NCBI GenBank assembly: GCA_030704615.1
Contig: CM060732.1
Location: 35,588,001 to 35,652,000 of the forward strand
Direction: 5' to 3'
Source of the DNA: Takakia lepidozioides
Lineage: Eukaryota > Plantae > Bryophyta
DNA: 64,000 nt
Position numbers and translations under genes: made by a program. Below the pieces are notes generated by a model. It had not been told where the DNA came from, ran no database searches, and worked only from the letters and a program-made list of their open reading frames with translations. Positions 23,301 to 35,100 of this stretch are shown here, piece after piece (positions within the stretch are counted from its first letter, which is position 1; each line of letters begins with the position of its first letter).

Positions 23301-25392
23301 CTGACTTTTTAGTGGCCAGCCGTAGGTGTATTCCGCGTGGATCCGGTGTTCTAAAATACTTAGACTTAGATGCAGAGGAAGAGGGGATACATTGTACTGA
23401 CTCTGAGTCAGACTGAACTGTATTCTTTTAATATTCATTTTCATATTATCTGGAAACGTTGAATCCCCTTACTCTACCGTAGTTGTTCCTTTAGAACAAA
23501 TAATAATCACAGAATCAACTTTCGTTTAAATTGCTATATGTATGAATCCATCTCACAAACCTTCCTGACTCTTCTCATATCCATTGTGCATTCATCTACA
23601 CTGTATTCATGCGTGCTCCATTCATGAAAGCTTCCTTTGTACAACATCCATTGTACATTCATCCTCTGTACTCTTTAATCCACCCCACAAACCTTCCACA
23701 CTCATTTCATATACTTTGTGCATTCGTCAAAAGATTTGGTCATGCATCTTCCTGTCATGAATTTTTGTCATTGCTCAACATCCATTATACATTCATCCAT
23801 TTTACTCTTATCCATCCGTCATTCATCCATCTACATAGATTTTTCAAACTCATCCATCTGTTTATCATCCAACTGTACATTCATCCATCATTTATTCAAT
23901 GCCTTTTATTATGTCGTCCAGCTTGTTTCCGCGGTAAAGGGTGCCAATCCGCGGGAATACACTCCACTTCTTTCTGGGTGCGTGGTGACTCGGCCTCCAC
24001 GTGTGATGACGTGGACTGAGACCCGTGACGTGGCATTTGCGCAAGGTGACGTGGCATGAGCGCAGTCGCGCTCACGCGCTCACGTGACCAGGCTCACGCC
24101 GAGGCATCCCTGTCCAACAAATTACCTCGCATGGCTAGTGCGATAGATGTATTGAATCGTATTTGCACTCTTTTTGTGGCAGGGCCTTGGAGCATTGGCT
24201 TCTCGGCTTGATGGCTTGGAAGGATGGAAACATACAATGGAGGCCAGCTCAATGGAGCACAAATTGGAATTGCAGGTAGTGAAATCCATGTTTGCCGCTG
24301 CAGTATCTAAGACAGACAAGTTCAACATGGCATTGGCGGCGAAGCTCGGTTTGGACCTGCCGAGGGATGAATCTCCATCAACATCAAACATTGTGTGTGA
24401 GTTGTCGCCCCCTGTTCATGGTGTTGTCCCACCTGCGACTACTGTGGAAATGACAAGTACAGGTGAGCAGTCTCCTAGCTGTGGAGGCAGTGGACAAAGG
24501 AAAGGGGGCAGTATTGTGGAAGAAGATGCCACAGGTGAGGACAAAGTTCAGAACACGGCATGTGACGATCCTTGCCTTAATTATGGTGCCAATGATGACC
24601 TATCCCCCTTATTGAGAAGGGAGTGCCTGTACTGGAGGATCACACCGGCAGTGAACTTAGACAGAGTGCCCAAGACATAGGGGCAGGGGCTAAGGGCACA
24701 GGAGTGGTTATTGTTGGGGCAGGGAAGAACATTGATTCAACAACAAAATTGGCCGTTGTACGGAAGGTAAGTACTCGTGTTCCTATATTCTTGTGCTGTT
24801 CCAAGTCGATTATGCAATACCTGCAGGCCGTTCATGACTTCTGTGTACATGTGTGGGTTTCTATTGATTCAGAAGCCACCAAAGGAAATTGTTGCGGTGA
24901 ATATGAGGAAGAAGTCCGCAAGACTTGCTGCCAGCAACGTTGATGGGAGCCGTATGGGAAGCTTCAAAGCGCCGACACCTGTTGTAAGTTTTCATTCGTG
25001 GAAGTACATCCGTATTTTGTTTGTAGGGCTATATGATGGCATCTCGCGTTTTCCCTGTCCATAACTGTTGCATGTGCATAACAAATGACAAGGGCACACA
25101 TTGGTGGTGTTGGCTGTCCCAGTTTCAGGTTGGTGACAAGGTCACAATGTTTGACCCCAATGCACCCAAACGGAAGGCAGGCGTGGGCCATATATTGGGC
25201 ATGTCGACTGACTGGCTGGCTTATGTTGTTCATGCCGATTATCATGTTGTCTCGGTTGAATCAGTACATGGGGCAGATGTTGCTCTACCATACCCCAACA
25301 ATGATGTTAGGCCTCCCATTGTGATGCTCAGTGACACTGTAGGCAGCACGGCCCTGTGGTCTGCCAAGTTCCTCAAACTGACCCGAACATGA
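20388..25392 (+). pseudogene. CACTA TnpA-like (ORF2) multi-exon gene, divergent from the transposase
   Basis: WAELVRHWNTPEWQKSRDNGKHARG...SGRSG (22109-22693) and C-terminal VSVESV..DVALPYP...LSDTVGSTALW (25129-25392) resemble CACTA ORF2 domains; acidic first exon. Confidence 0.7.
22893..23082 (+). pseudogene. Isolated exon homologous to the last methyltransferase-domain exon (59178-59409)
   Basis: ag|GA-ATYHACKAGGRSLFGMEGDSDLY vs ag|GT-ACMWAGRMSNRFVFSFEGDTALY; same intron phase at both borders (both end GA|gt). Confidence 0.6.
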
Positions 25393-25949
25393 GGTTGTGG
25401 GGGATCCTCAATTTGAAGGCAATTTTGACTGAACGCCACTTCATATCGATTTCACCTTTTTTTCGTTATTGTGCGCATCAATGTAGGATTTGGGTACATT
25501 GTGGGGTTGTGATCAGCAGTGCAGACTCTGCAATACTTGCATGTTCAGACTAAACTTTATTTGGGCAATGAAGGGCGCACCCAACTTTGAAGCACCCTTG
25601 CATCTGGTCATTCTTTCTGTTGTTCTGGCCATGCTTAGTCAATTGTACATGTCATGAGCAGGTTGTTGCCGCAGTGCTTTGGAATTGTGTTTATGTATAT
25701 GAGTCATATTTCACATGGACTGTGAAACTGACAGTGTGGACAGTATCACGATTTGTGATATGATCATGATGCCTATGGAATAATTGTGCACACCATGACG
25801 TCACAAATATGTGAAATCAACCGTAGCTTGCCTGTGGCATCTTCCACATTTTTGTGGAATGACCTACAACATCAGCAGTAGAATATTTCAGACCCACTAT
25901 GGTATGCTCCTGTGGCTATGTGGAATGACCTACAGTATAGGCAGTAAAA

Positions 25950-26612
25950 TACTACACACCCGCTCCATGCAGATTACGCCACGTGCCGTCCTCTCCAAAA
26001 TACACGCGTTGCCCATACCGTTGCCCACATGTCGTCAAGCCCAGGTAACAGGGTGTCGCATCATTTTCCCGTAGGTGTGGACAAGTCCACACCCTTTGTA
26101 CGTTTAGGATCCACGTGGCGGTGTTTGCCACGGAACACGTGGCCCCCAAACTTGCTGAAGCTGTGAAAACAGCCAGTGGATGGTCTCACATCAAATGGCT
26201 TTTTTCACACCCACATGCCACGCCAGATGTCCACTCCACATAAGTGCACATCGCCTCTTTGTCTCCATACACGTGTTATCCCCACAAAAATACACGTGTT
26301 GCACACACCGTTGCCCAGATGTCGTGAAACCCTGGTGACAGGCAGTCGCATGGTTTTCCCGTAGGTGTGGACAAGTCCACACCTTTGTACATCTACGATC
26401 CACGTGGCGGTGTTCGCCAAAGCACACGTCGCTCGTGGAAAAAGCCATGAACCCCGTGAAAAAGGCCACCTGTGGATTCAGCCACCCGTGGACTTTTCCA
26501 CAGGGCCACCCGAGAGCTAGACCGTCCACGGGGTGTCCGAAAGCACTCGTCATTTCTTACACCCACGGCAGGTGTGGACTGGGGCGGATTCCACGGAAGA
26601 AAGTGTGAAAAA
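25950..26612. repeat. CACTA subterminal repeats including a ~291-bp tandem duplication with hairpin GGTGTGGAC-AA-GTCCACACC
   Basis: TTTTCCCGTAGGTGTGGACAAGTCCACACC at ~26064 and ~26354; many CCACGG/CCGTGG motifs. Confidence 0.8.
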
Positions 26613-26644
26613 AGCCGTGGAAAAAGCCGTTTTTTCTTCTAGTG

Positions 26645-26765
26645 ATGGAACCGTAGTTCGGTAACCAGGACCGGAGGCTCTTTTTGGAGCCTACCCAGAT
26701 GCCAAAGCCGTTGTCAATATAGCGCTTAAGATAAAGCAGCTCTTGCTCCAATGGGCACACGTACT
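26645..26765 (-). pseudogene. PLE RT catalytic segment (piece 2) stranded between the CACTA and the LTR element
   Basis: EYVCPLEQELLYLKRYIDNGFGIWVG...NYGS; YIDD motif reads YIDN. Confidence 0.9.
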
Positions 26766-27876
26766 TGTCGCGCGGCTTTTACTCACCCATCCCTTTGCTA
26801 TCCGAGGCGGAAACTCCAAGATAGAAGAGTTGGAAATCTCTAAGTACTCAGCCCGCGCAGAACAATCAGTCATGACCTACAGCTAGTGTATCATGGGGGT
26901 GTTTCCTATTTGTTTCCTTTTCCGCATTCATCTTAGCTACCTTACCATTGATAATTAAGTATCAGTTTGCTTCATCAATTTATCGGTTTCCTTCACTCCT
27001 CCATTCAATCCACAGCTTCACTCAGATCTCTCTACACAGTGTGATTGTATCGTATAAGTATCAGATTATGATTTATCAGGTATCAGGCCGAAGCCATTGT
27101 GTCTCTATTCTCCTCTACAATATCCCTACAGCTTTGCATATAACAAGCATCTACTAATCCTCTTTCCTCCTTCATCGTGCTCACCGACTTCCGCTCCCGT
27201 ATGACTCCGAAATCCTCCTTCCCCGAATAATGATCATCATCCTAATCCCCGTTCTTCCCTTTATCCTCCTATCCGCGGTTCTAACCGTTTCCCTCTCTAA
27301 CCGTCGTATGTGAATTAACATGTTCCTTCACAGGTGTTGTTCCCCACAGTCGTTCCCTGTCCTACTCTTCGTTCCCTATTATCGTGACAGCTGTGTCAAG
27401 CGGTGACTGGCTGTGTTTGGCTGTGTCGGGCTGTGACTGGCTGTGTGGTTGTGCCGGGCTGTGACTGGCTGTGTGGGCTGTGTGGGCTGTGACGACTGTG
27501 ACGGGCTGTGTGGGCTGTGACGGCTGTGTGGGCTGTGTGGGCTGTGTCGACTGTGTTGGCTGTGTCAGGCTGTGACTGGCTGTGTCGGCTGTGTGGGCTG
27601 TGACGGCTGTGTGGGCTGTGTGGGCTGTGACGGCTGTGTGGGCTGTGACGACTGTGACGGGCTGTGTGGGCTGTGTGGGCTGTGACTGTGACGACTGTGA
27701 CGGCTGTGTTGACTGTGTGGGCTGTGACTGCTGTGTCGGCTGTGTGGGCTATGTAACCCCCCTCTACAGTGCGCTGCTGTCACCCCTAAGGTTCCTGTTG
27801 GTCTCAGTCTGTGCAAAAATTAAGGGTACCCTACAGATCCCGTATAAGTGTCTAAGTCCCCTACAGTCCTCTAACA
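26766..27876 (-). repeat. 3' LTR, with GGCTGTGTG/GGCTGTGAC minisatellite at ~27390-27750
   Basis: Matches 41028-42133. Confidence 0.96.
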
Positions 27877-27893
27877 TTACCCCTTCCCCCCTC
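27877..27893 (-). promoter_or_regulatory. Polypurine tract
   Basis: GAGGGGGGAAGGGGTAA immediately before the 3' LTR on the minus strand. Confidence 0.9.
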
Positions 27894-27914
27894 AAAAAGC
27901 CGTGTCCTCACGGT

Positions 27915-30900
27915 TTACTGTTTCCGAGTAGCAAACCTTTGTGAGTGAGCACCTTGTTGACGTTGAGAGTTTCGTGGTGGGCTGTGTGTACGAGCCCGAG
28001 GTCTGTCTCTGGTTGATGGAGATGGTTGATCACTACCTGGATAAGTGAGGCCTCCTGGAGGTTGATATCGAGGTAATCTTTCCGGCATAGGAGATCCCCT
28101 TTGTTTCTTCTCTTCCATCTGAATTGCATAGTCTTCTCCCATGTCAAAAGAATTTTGTGAAGAAACAGTTGTATCAGAATCCTCATCGCCTCTCAGGTGT
28201 TTTAATTTTCGAACTTTTTGTGGAATCATCTGGGGCATACAATGTTGTCCTACCATGTCTGGAAGTTTGCATTTTACAACCTGGTGTAACCGTTGAACAG
28301 CAAAATTGGTGTAGACACTGAGCTCCTTGTCTGTCCAGATGAGTGGGGTACCAATTACTGGTGCAGCGTGCAAGTATTTCCATGCGATATGTCCCTTATA
28401 GAAAATGTCATCAAGTCCGAATTTCTGTGTTGACAAATTGTTGCAGGCTGCTTGAAACCATGAACGAATTTGAGAATCCTTCTGTATCATAACTTTTGGG
28501 TCATATAGGTACATATGAGGTGGCACCGAAGGTAATACCCAATGATCTCCTCTGGAGTAACTTTGAAAGCGTGCTTGCATCTTTTGTTGCTCTATGTGGT
28601 AACGTATCAGAAAACAAGCAGCGTAGTATAGCCCGCACCCCATGACAATACTTGCTATTTCCTTGGTCTTGGTATAAATGAGTCCATGTACAACCTGGAA
28701 AGCAACCAATTCCCTCAACATGGTACCTGCCTCGTGCCAGTATTGTGCAAAGTGATGATCTTCAATATGTCGATTGTTTGGAAGAACTTTAGTCCTGGTT
28801 GCCACTGGCAGCCAAATACGCATGATTTGGTAGTAATGTGCGAATGACTGCGGAGGACTAAATTCTTTCCAAGCCAAATCCAACATGATGGGAATTTGGT
28901 TGAAGGGCATAATCATAGCCCTACTGTACTCCCTGGCAGCTGGAGTTTTAGGTGGGTTAAAAGCTGCATTGCCCCATACCTCCGGCTGTGGTGGCTGTGG
29001 TGTGGTTGTAGTAACCACAGGTTCAGCTACTGGTACACTGACCTGTTGTGGTGGTGGTGGTACTGGTTCCTGTACCATTGGCATCTCCTGCACCTCCTGT
29101 GAAGACTGAAAAGCCAGAGTTCTGGCTTGCAAATAAGAAGCCATTAGCTGTTCCTGAGGGATATAGACTCTTTGGTCGATGTTTGAAGTGAGGTCTTCCA
29201 CTTGAGTCTGGATTCCGTCTACATCCTCTTGTAACTCTGCTATCCTACTATAGACATTGTCTATAGTAGTTGTGGCAATGTTCTGCACCTGCAGTCTAAG
29301 CTCATTCATCTCGCTTTGGGTGAGCTTCCGTGGGGCTTTGCCTTCTACTGGCCCTTGTGCTAACCAGACCTGCATAAGGCTGTTATCCACCAAGCTGCTT
29401 GTGGTTCCCCTGAGAGTTTGCTCCTCTCTTAGCTTATACAATTCCAACTGCTGTTGTAAAGCCTTCATGCGCTTCGCCTGTGGCTCAACAATTGCGCATA
29501 GGCAGCAAGTAGATTATTGGCTTCTTTCGAAGCCTTGTTACTGACCGCGATTTCATTTCTATTGGCCACGATGGTTTGTTGCAACTCCACGATGTATTTC
29601 TCATTCTCAGCTTCCATCTGCCTGTATTGCTTGAGAGTATCTTCATTGCGACAGATTGTATTCTTCATATCGACAATGAGCTTCATGTGCTCCACATTCT
29701 CTTCTTCTGCCTTCGTACATTTTCCGCTTGACTGTTTATTTCTTTTGTTGATTGGTCAAGCATAGTTGTAAATGTAGCGCATTGTATCGCCATCCTGTTA
29801 TGCACTGTCTGCAACTCCGTATGTAGTGCATTCAGTTCTTGCAACTTGCTTTCATGCTGCACCTGCATTTGGTATAGCTGTTGCTTATGTGCTTCGTGCA
29901 ACTGGTCTTGCGCGAGGCCTGCCTCAATCAATTGTTGCTTGGCCAATTGCAAAGCCATTTCTGTATTGGCCAAGTCCTGCTTCATCTTGAGAGTGACCTC
30001 TTCATCGACCTTGTTTGCACACTCAGTGGCAAGTCGAGCCTCAAACTCCTTCCTGAGTTCTTCTTTCAAGGCTGTCAATTGGGTAATTGGAACATGGGTT
30101 TTGACATAAGTCCCCAACAAATAAGTGTCCTGCCTATGGAACTCATCAGCATTGCCTGTTGAGGGTCATCATGGTGAGGTTGCTGCTGTTCCTCCTGATC
30201 TTCAACAGTATGATGTCTCACTAACCATTCAGACCATTGTCCCACCGGATTTTCTTCCTGAACTACTTCATTTATGACCGGTGCTACAGTGTCATGGCCT
30301 TCCGCCTGTGGTACCTCCGACACAGGTGTGTGCATTATATGTACCTCAGGATTTCTCTTGGGCAACTGTTGCACCTCTGGGATTTCTGTCTGCTTGACCA
30401 GACCAGAATATTCATAGAGAAGGTCCCCTTTCTCTATTTCTGCCACTATCTGTTCTGTAGTTGGAATATCTATCCCTTCACTTTCCAAATCAATTATTTC
30501 GGGTTGAGCTGCATGGATAACTTGTGACCTTGTGACAAGTCGTTCAAGTGGCTGTGTTGGCTGTGATGCAGAAGTAACTTCTTCCTCCCTCTCTGAAGGT
30601 CCTGCTTCCAGTAATAACATTCTTTTTTGCTGCTGTGCCCCTTCCTGGTCATGAGCTTGGGAAACATTATCATGCGGAATCCGTGAAGCCAGTGGATCCG
30701 CCACTACAGTCTTTCCCTTCTCTGCCTCTTAGTCTCGGGTTGTGCTGCTAGTCCACCCTCACTGTGTGAAGAGCCTTGCTCTTCCATTGCAGTTGTTTCT
30801 GGCTCAAACACTCCCATTTCCTTCCTTTCTTGTGCATTAAGTATGCCAGAACTAAGGATTATTTGAGCAATGATTGGCCAGACACTATGATAGGAGATTT

Positions 30901-31587
30901 TGCGGTAGTACCTTGTAATCTTTTCATCTCCTCTACCAGTGCGTTGTACATTATGTCCGCCCATGGTACCTCTTGTCCCTTCAAGCCTTTGAGGATTTCC
31001 TCTGTGAAGGATCTGCTCAAATATTGTTGGTTCTGTTTCAGGGCAATCAGAACGTTCAATACTTGGCCTATGTCTTTTAACCCTGGGTACACAGCTTTGG
31101 TACAAGCATAACCCTGAGTTTTAAAGAAACTCCCTTCTTGGAATAAATCCCCTATTTGCAGTCTTTCCCTGTGTTCCTCCACATACACATGACCTGCTGG
31201 CAATCGAAACAATTGCTGGAGGTATAGGGGAGTAATCATTAATTCAACTCCCTTCACCGTTGTTGTTCCTGTCTTTGGCTCAAAGTTCTGCAAAAATTGT
31301 AACATGTACTGTCTATGGTGTAGTGTCCAATCCATGTTTTGCAATCCTTCCAATCTCAGCTCCTTCAGTATCTTTATTGCCTGTGGGGTAGCCATCGTTT
31401 GTTTCTGCAGAATTGTGGTGCTCTTCACCCTGATTTCCTCCATTCCTCTCACTCTCTTCATCTTAGACTCACAGAACTGCTTTGGGTGTAACAACTGCAG
31501 GAATGCCTGTAGTGCACAAAGCAGAAACGTATGGTTGCCGCAGAAAGCTATGGGAATCTCTTGTAAGCCTGCGGGGCTTGCAAGCAT
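27915..31587 (-). CDS. Large extra sense ORF between pol and the 3' LTR (about 1,200 codons if frameshifts are joined; largest intact piece 517 aa)
   Basis: Abutting or overlapping ORFs 30859-31587, 30704-31105, 30075-30704, 29683-30120, 29465-29695, 27915-29468; long Q/E-rich coiled coil; stop 22 bp before the PPT. Confidence 0.7.
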
Positions 31588-32180
31588 TGCTCAAGAGAAA
31601 AGCTCTGCTCTGTCGTTTCGTGTCTATGCCACTGCGTAAGTAATATTGCGAGCGTATAGTCTGTTAGTTCCTCCATAGTTTCCAAGTTATAGCATTTATG
31701 GCCTGTCCTGTCGAGACGCCCGTTACTCAGAACGACGCCGCCTCTTGCGCTCAATTTCCCTCCATTTCTTGATCATTTCTCTGGTTTTCTATTGGCTGTA
31801 TCGGCTGTGACTGGATTTTAACTTTTATCTTCTTTAGTGGACTTTCCCTGTTGGATAGTCCACTAGGATCACACATGCGACATGATTCAGTTTTCTGTAC
31901 TTGCCGTTCGTTCTGTTCCCTTTTTCCGTATTCATTAATGGGCCCGCCTTTCATCCCTTTTGACGGACGTTCTTGTCCTCTTTCTTTTTGACACCTGACC
32001 TTGCACTTCATTCTTCTGCTGTGTGTCGCACCCTGACTCCACGTGTCTATTTTTAAATTAATTTCCGTTTCTTCTTCCTTCAGCCATTTTCCTGAAGTTT
32101 TTATGTGTCCACTTGTCACTGATCTATGGATCGTGTAACTTTAGTAGGCTGTGTTGAGCTGTGACAGGCTGTGTCATTTG

Positions 32181-35100
32181 TTACGCTGTGATAGGCGCTG
32201 TGTGTAGGAGGTTTGGTGGTAAGCGTGATAGGCTGTGACACGTTGCTGGTAGGTTGTGATAGGCTGTGTCACGTCGTGACGGGCTGTGATAGGCTGTGTC
32301 ACGCCGTGATGGGCTGTGATAGGCTGTGTCACGCCGTGATGGGCTAGTGATAGGCTGTTGTGTGTCACGTTTGTTTTGCCCACCCCGGTCATATATACTG
32401 GGCCTAGCGACAAGTGTTCCATACTCCGTTCGTAACACTGGTGCAGCCCGTGACTGCTCTTGCGGTTCAACATGCAAATCATGCTGCAGGGGTTTGTCAT
32501 GGATACCACTGTACCCCTTCAACTTATTTGCATTGACTCTTCCCAGCATTTCTTTGTTAATGGTTTGTAACATGGCTGTGTTGTTATCATACATCTTTTG
32601 TATGACATAAGGTCCTTTCCATGGTGATTAAGCTTAGAAGCTTGAATCTTTCCTTTCTTCTTGCAACCATAGAACCAAATCCCCCGTCTTAAAAGTCTTT
32701 AACTTGCCTTCATCAAACTGTTCCTTTCTCTTCATCTGAATTCTGGTCATATTATCAGCTGCATCAGCACGTACTTCTTCCACATGGTATAATTCATGTT
32801 TCCTGACCTGATGGAGTCTTGCAATTCCATTCTTTTCCCCACTCCGTTCTCATGGTAGGTAACAGGAATTCCACTGGAAGTAAGGCTTCCATACCATAAA
32901 CTAATTGGAATGGTGTATACTTTGTGGTGACTTTATACGAAGTCCTGTATGACCATAAAGCTGTCAGCAGCTTTGTATCCCAATCCGTTCTGTTTGCATT
33001 GACTATCTTAGCCAAGATAGTACATAGTATTTTGTGGTAGCCTCTGCCTGTCCATTACCCTGTGGGTAATATGTTGTACTCTTTCTATGCACAATCATAA
33101 ACTCTTAGTCAATAACTCAATGGTCTCATTCATGAAGTGACTTCCTTGATCACTGATAAATTCTAAGGGACATCCAAATCGTGTAAGTATGTTCTCGTAC
33201 AGGAACCTTGCTGTGGACTTGGCTGTGTTGTCCCTCAAAGCTTTAGCTTCCACCCACTTTGTAGTATAATCAGTGGCTGTAATTATGTACCTGTTTTGGT
33301 GTATTCTTGGATGGTGGATTAATTGGTCCAACAAAGTCTAGTCCCCATTTCTGAAATGGTTCCGTAGGCATTGTAGGATGCAAGGCCATTCTTCCAGATC
33401 TCTGCAAGGTCCTAGCCTCTGACATTCATCACACTTCTGACAATACTCATGTACATCTTTGAACAAGTAGGCCACACCAGTATCCTGCGAGTAGTATCTT
33501 TCTACTGGTAGTCTCTTCTCCAAAATGACCTCCAGCCACTCCTTTATGAACTTCCTCCAAGACTTTATTTACTTCATGGTGGTACAAGCATCGTTTTAGT
33601 ACCCATCTGGTCCTAACTTATACATTCTGCTTCCTACCATAGTATAAGGTAAAGCTTTGATAGCGATTCTCTTCCTCTGCTCCTTACCATAACTAGGTGG
33701 GCACTGACCATGAGCAAGGTAGTATCTGATTGGCCACTGCCAATCTAACCATTCATCTGCACTTCCTTGCACCTCCATTACAAATAAACTCGCATCAGGT
33801 AACTGATCGTCCACTCCTGTGGCGGCCTCTCCTGTTGTTAGTCGTGACAAATGATCTGCCACAAGATGCAAACGGCCAGGCTTGTAAATAACTCGAACTC
33901 AAACTCATGCAAGATTATTAACCACCTCGCTATCCTTCCACTTATCAAGGTTTGTTCACCAGATATATCAGAGCCTGGTGATCCACATAAAACATAAACT
34001 TTCTTCCCAATAGGTAATGCCTGAATTTCTTCACTGCATAGATCATTGCCAATGCTTCCTTTCCGTTGTGCTATAGTTCCTCTCAGCACTGTTCATCAAC
34101 CGGCTAGCATAGTACACAGTGAATCTATATTCCCTGTAACATTCTGGGCTAACACCGCTCCCACGCTTCTCCTGATGCATCGCAGTGAACATGAAATACT
34201 ACATGCCAGTGAGGGTTAATCAGCACAGGTGTAGTTGTTAGTTGTTACAGTGACAGTGTAAGTTCCTCAAACGCCTGTTGACATTCAGCTGTCCATGGCA
34301 AACCTGCATCTTTCTTCAGAGCTTGCTCAATGGTGTTGCTATTTGTGCATACCTTTTGACAAATCTTCTGTAATAACTGGTTGCCCAAGGAATCTCCTTA
34401 AACTCTTAACATTCACTGGTGGGTGGAGAGACTTTAAATGGACTCTGTCTTCTGGGATCCACAAGGAGTCCCTTCTTACACACAATGTGTCCCAGAAGCA
34501 CCCCTGAGTTCACACAGAAAGTACACTTCTCTGGGTTCAAGCCCAGACCTCCATCCTGCATCTGGCCAGGCATAACTCCAATTTATGCAAGTGCTCATTC
34601 TTAGAGCTGTACAACTGAAATCATCCAAAAACACTGCATGAAATCATCCAGATACTCTTGAAAAATTCACTTATCACTCTCTGAAAGGTCGCTGGTGCAT
34701 TACAAAGTCCAAAGGGCATGACTTTATATGCATAAGCCCCCAGTCTGTGATGAAAGCTGTTTTCCCTTGGTCTTCTTCTGCCACTTGCACTTGATTATAA
34801 CCACTGAAGCCATCCATGAATGAGTACATCTCATGGCCTGCCACAGTGTCTAATACTGCTTCTGTGAATGGTAAAGGGAAAGGATCTTTCTTCGTACAAG
34901 CATTCAGCTTCTTATAGTTCACACATACTCTTAGTTTGCCATTCTTCTTGGGAACTATAACAATGGGTGACAACCAAGTTGTATACTCATTGGGTATATA
35001 AACTTAGCCTCAGCCAACTTCTTTATCTCTTCTCCAACCTTCTGTGCGTAGTTGGATTCATTCTATACCTCGCCTGCTTGATTGGTACTGACCCTGGTTC

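Larger units (their letters stand above)
13557..26644. mobile_element. CACTA (En/Spm) DNA transposon, 13,088 bp
   Basis: 32-bp perfect TIR CACTAGAAGAAAAAACGGCTTTTTCCACGGCT at both ends; 3-bp TSD ATG (13554-13556, 26645-26647). Confidence 0.97.

Noticed and set aside
23560-23900. His/Ile-rich ORFs over CATCCAT-type repeats
   Set aside because: Low-complexity degenerate microsatellite, no coding evidence
27565-27944. His/Ser/Pro- and Cys/Val-rich ORFs (also 41624-42240)
   Set aside because: Artefacts of the LTR minisatellite
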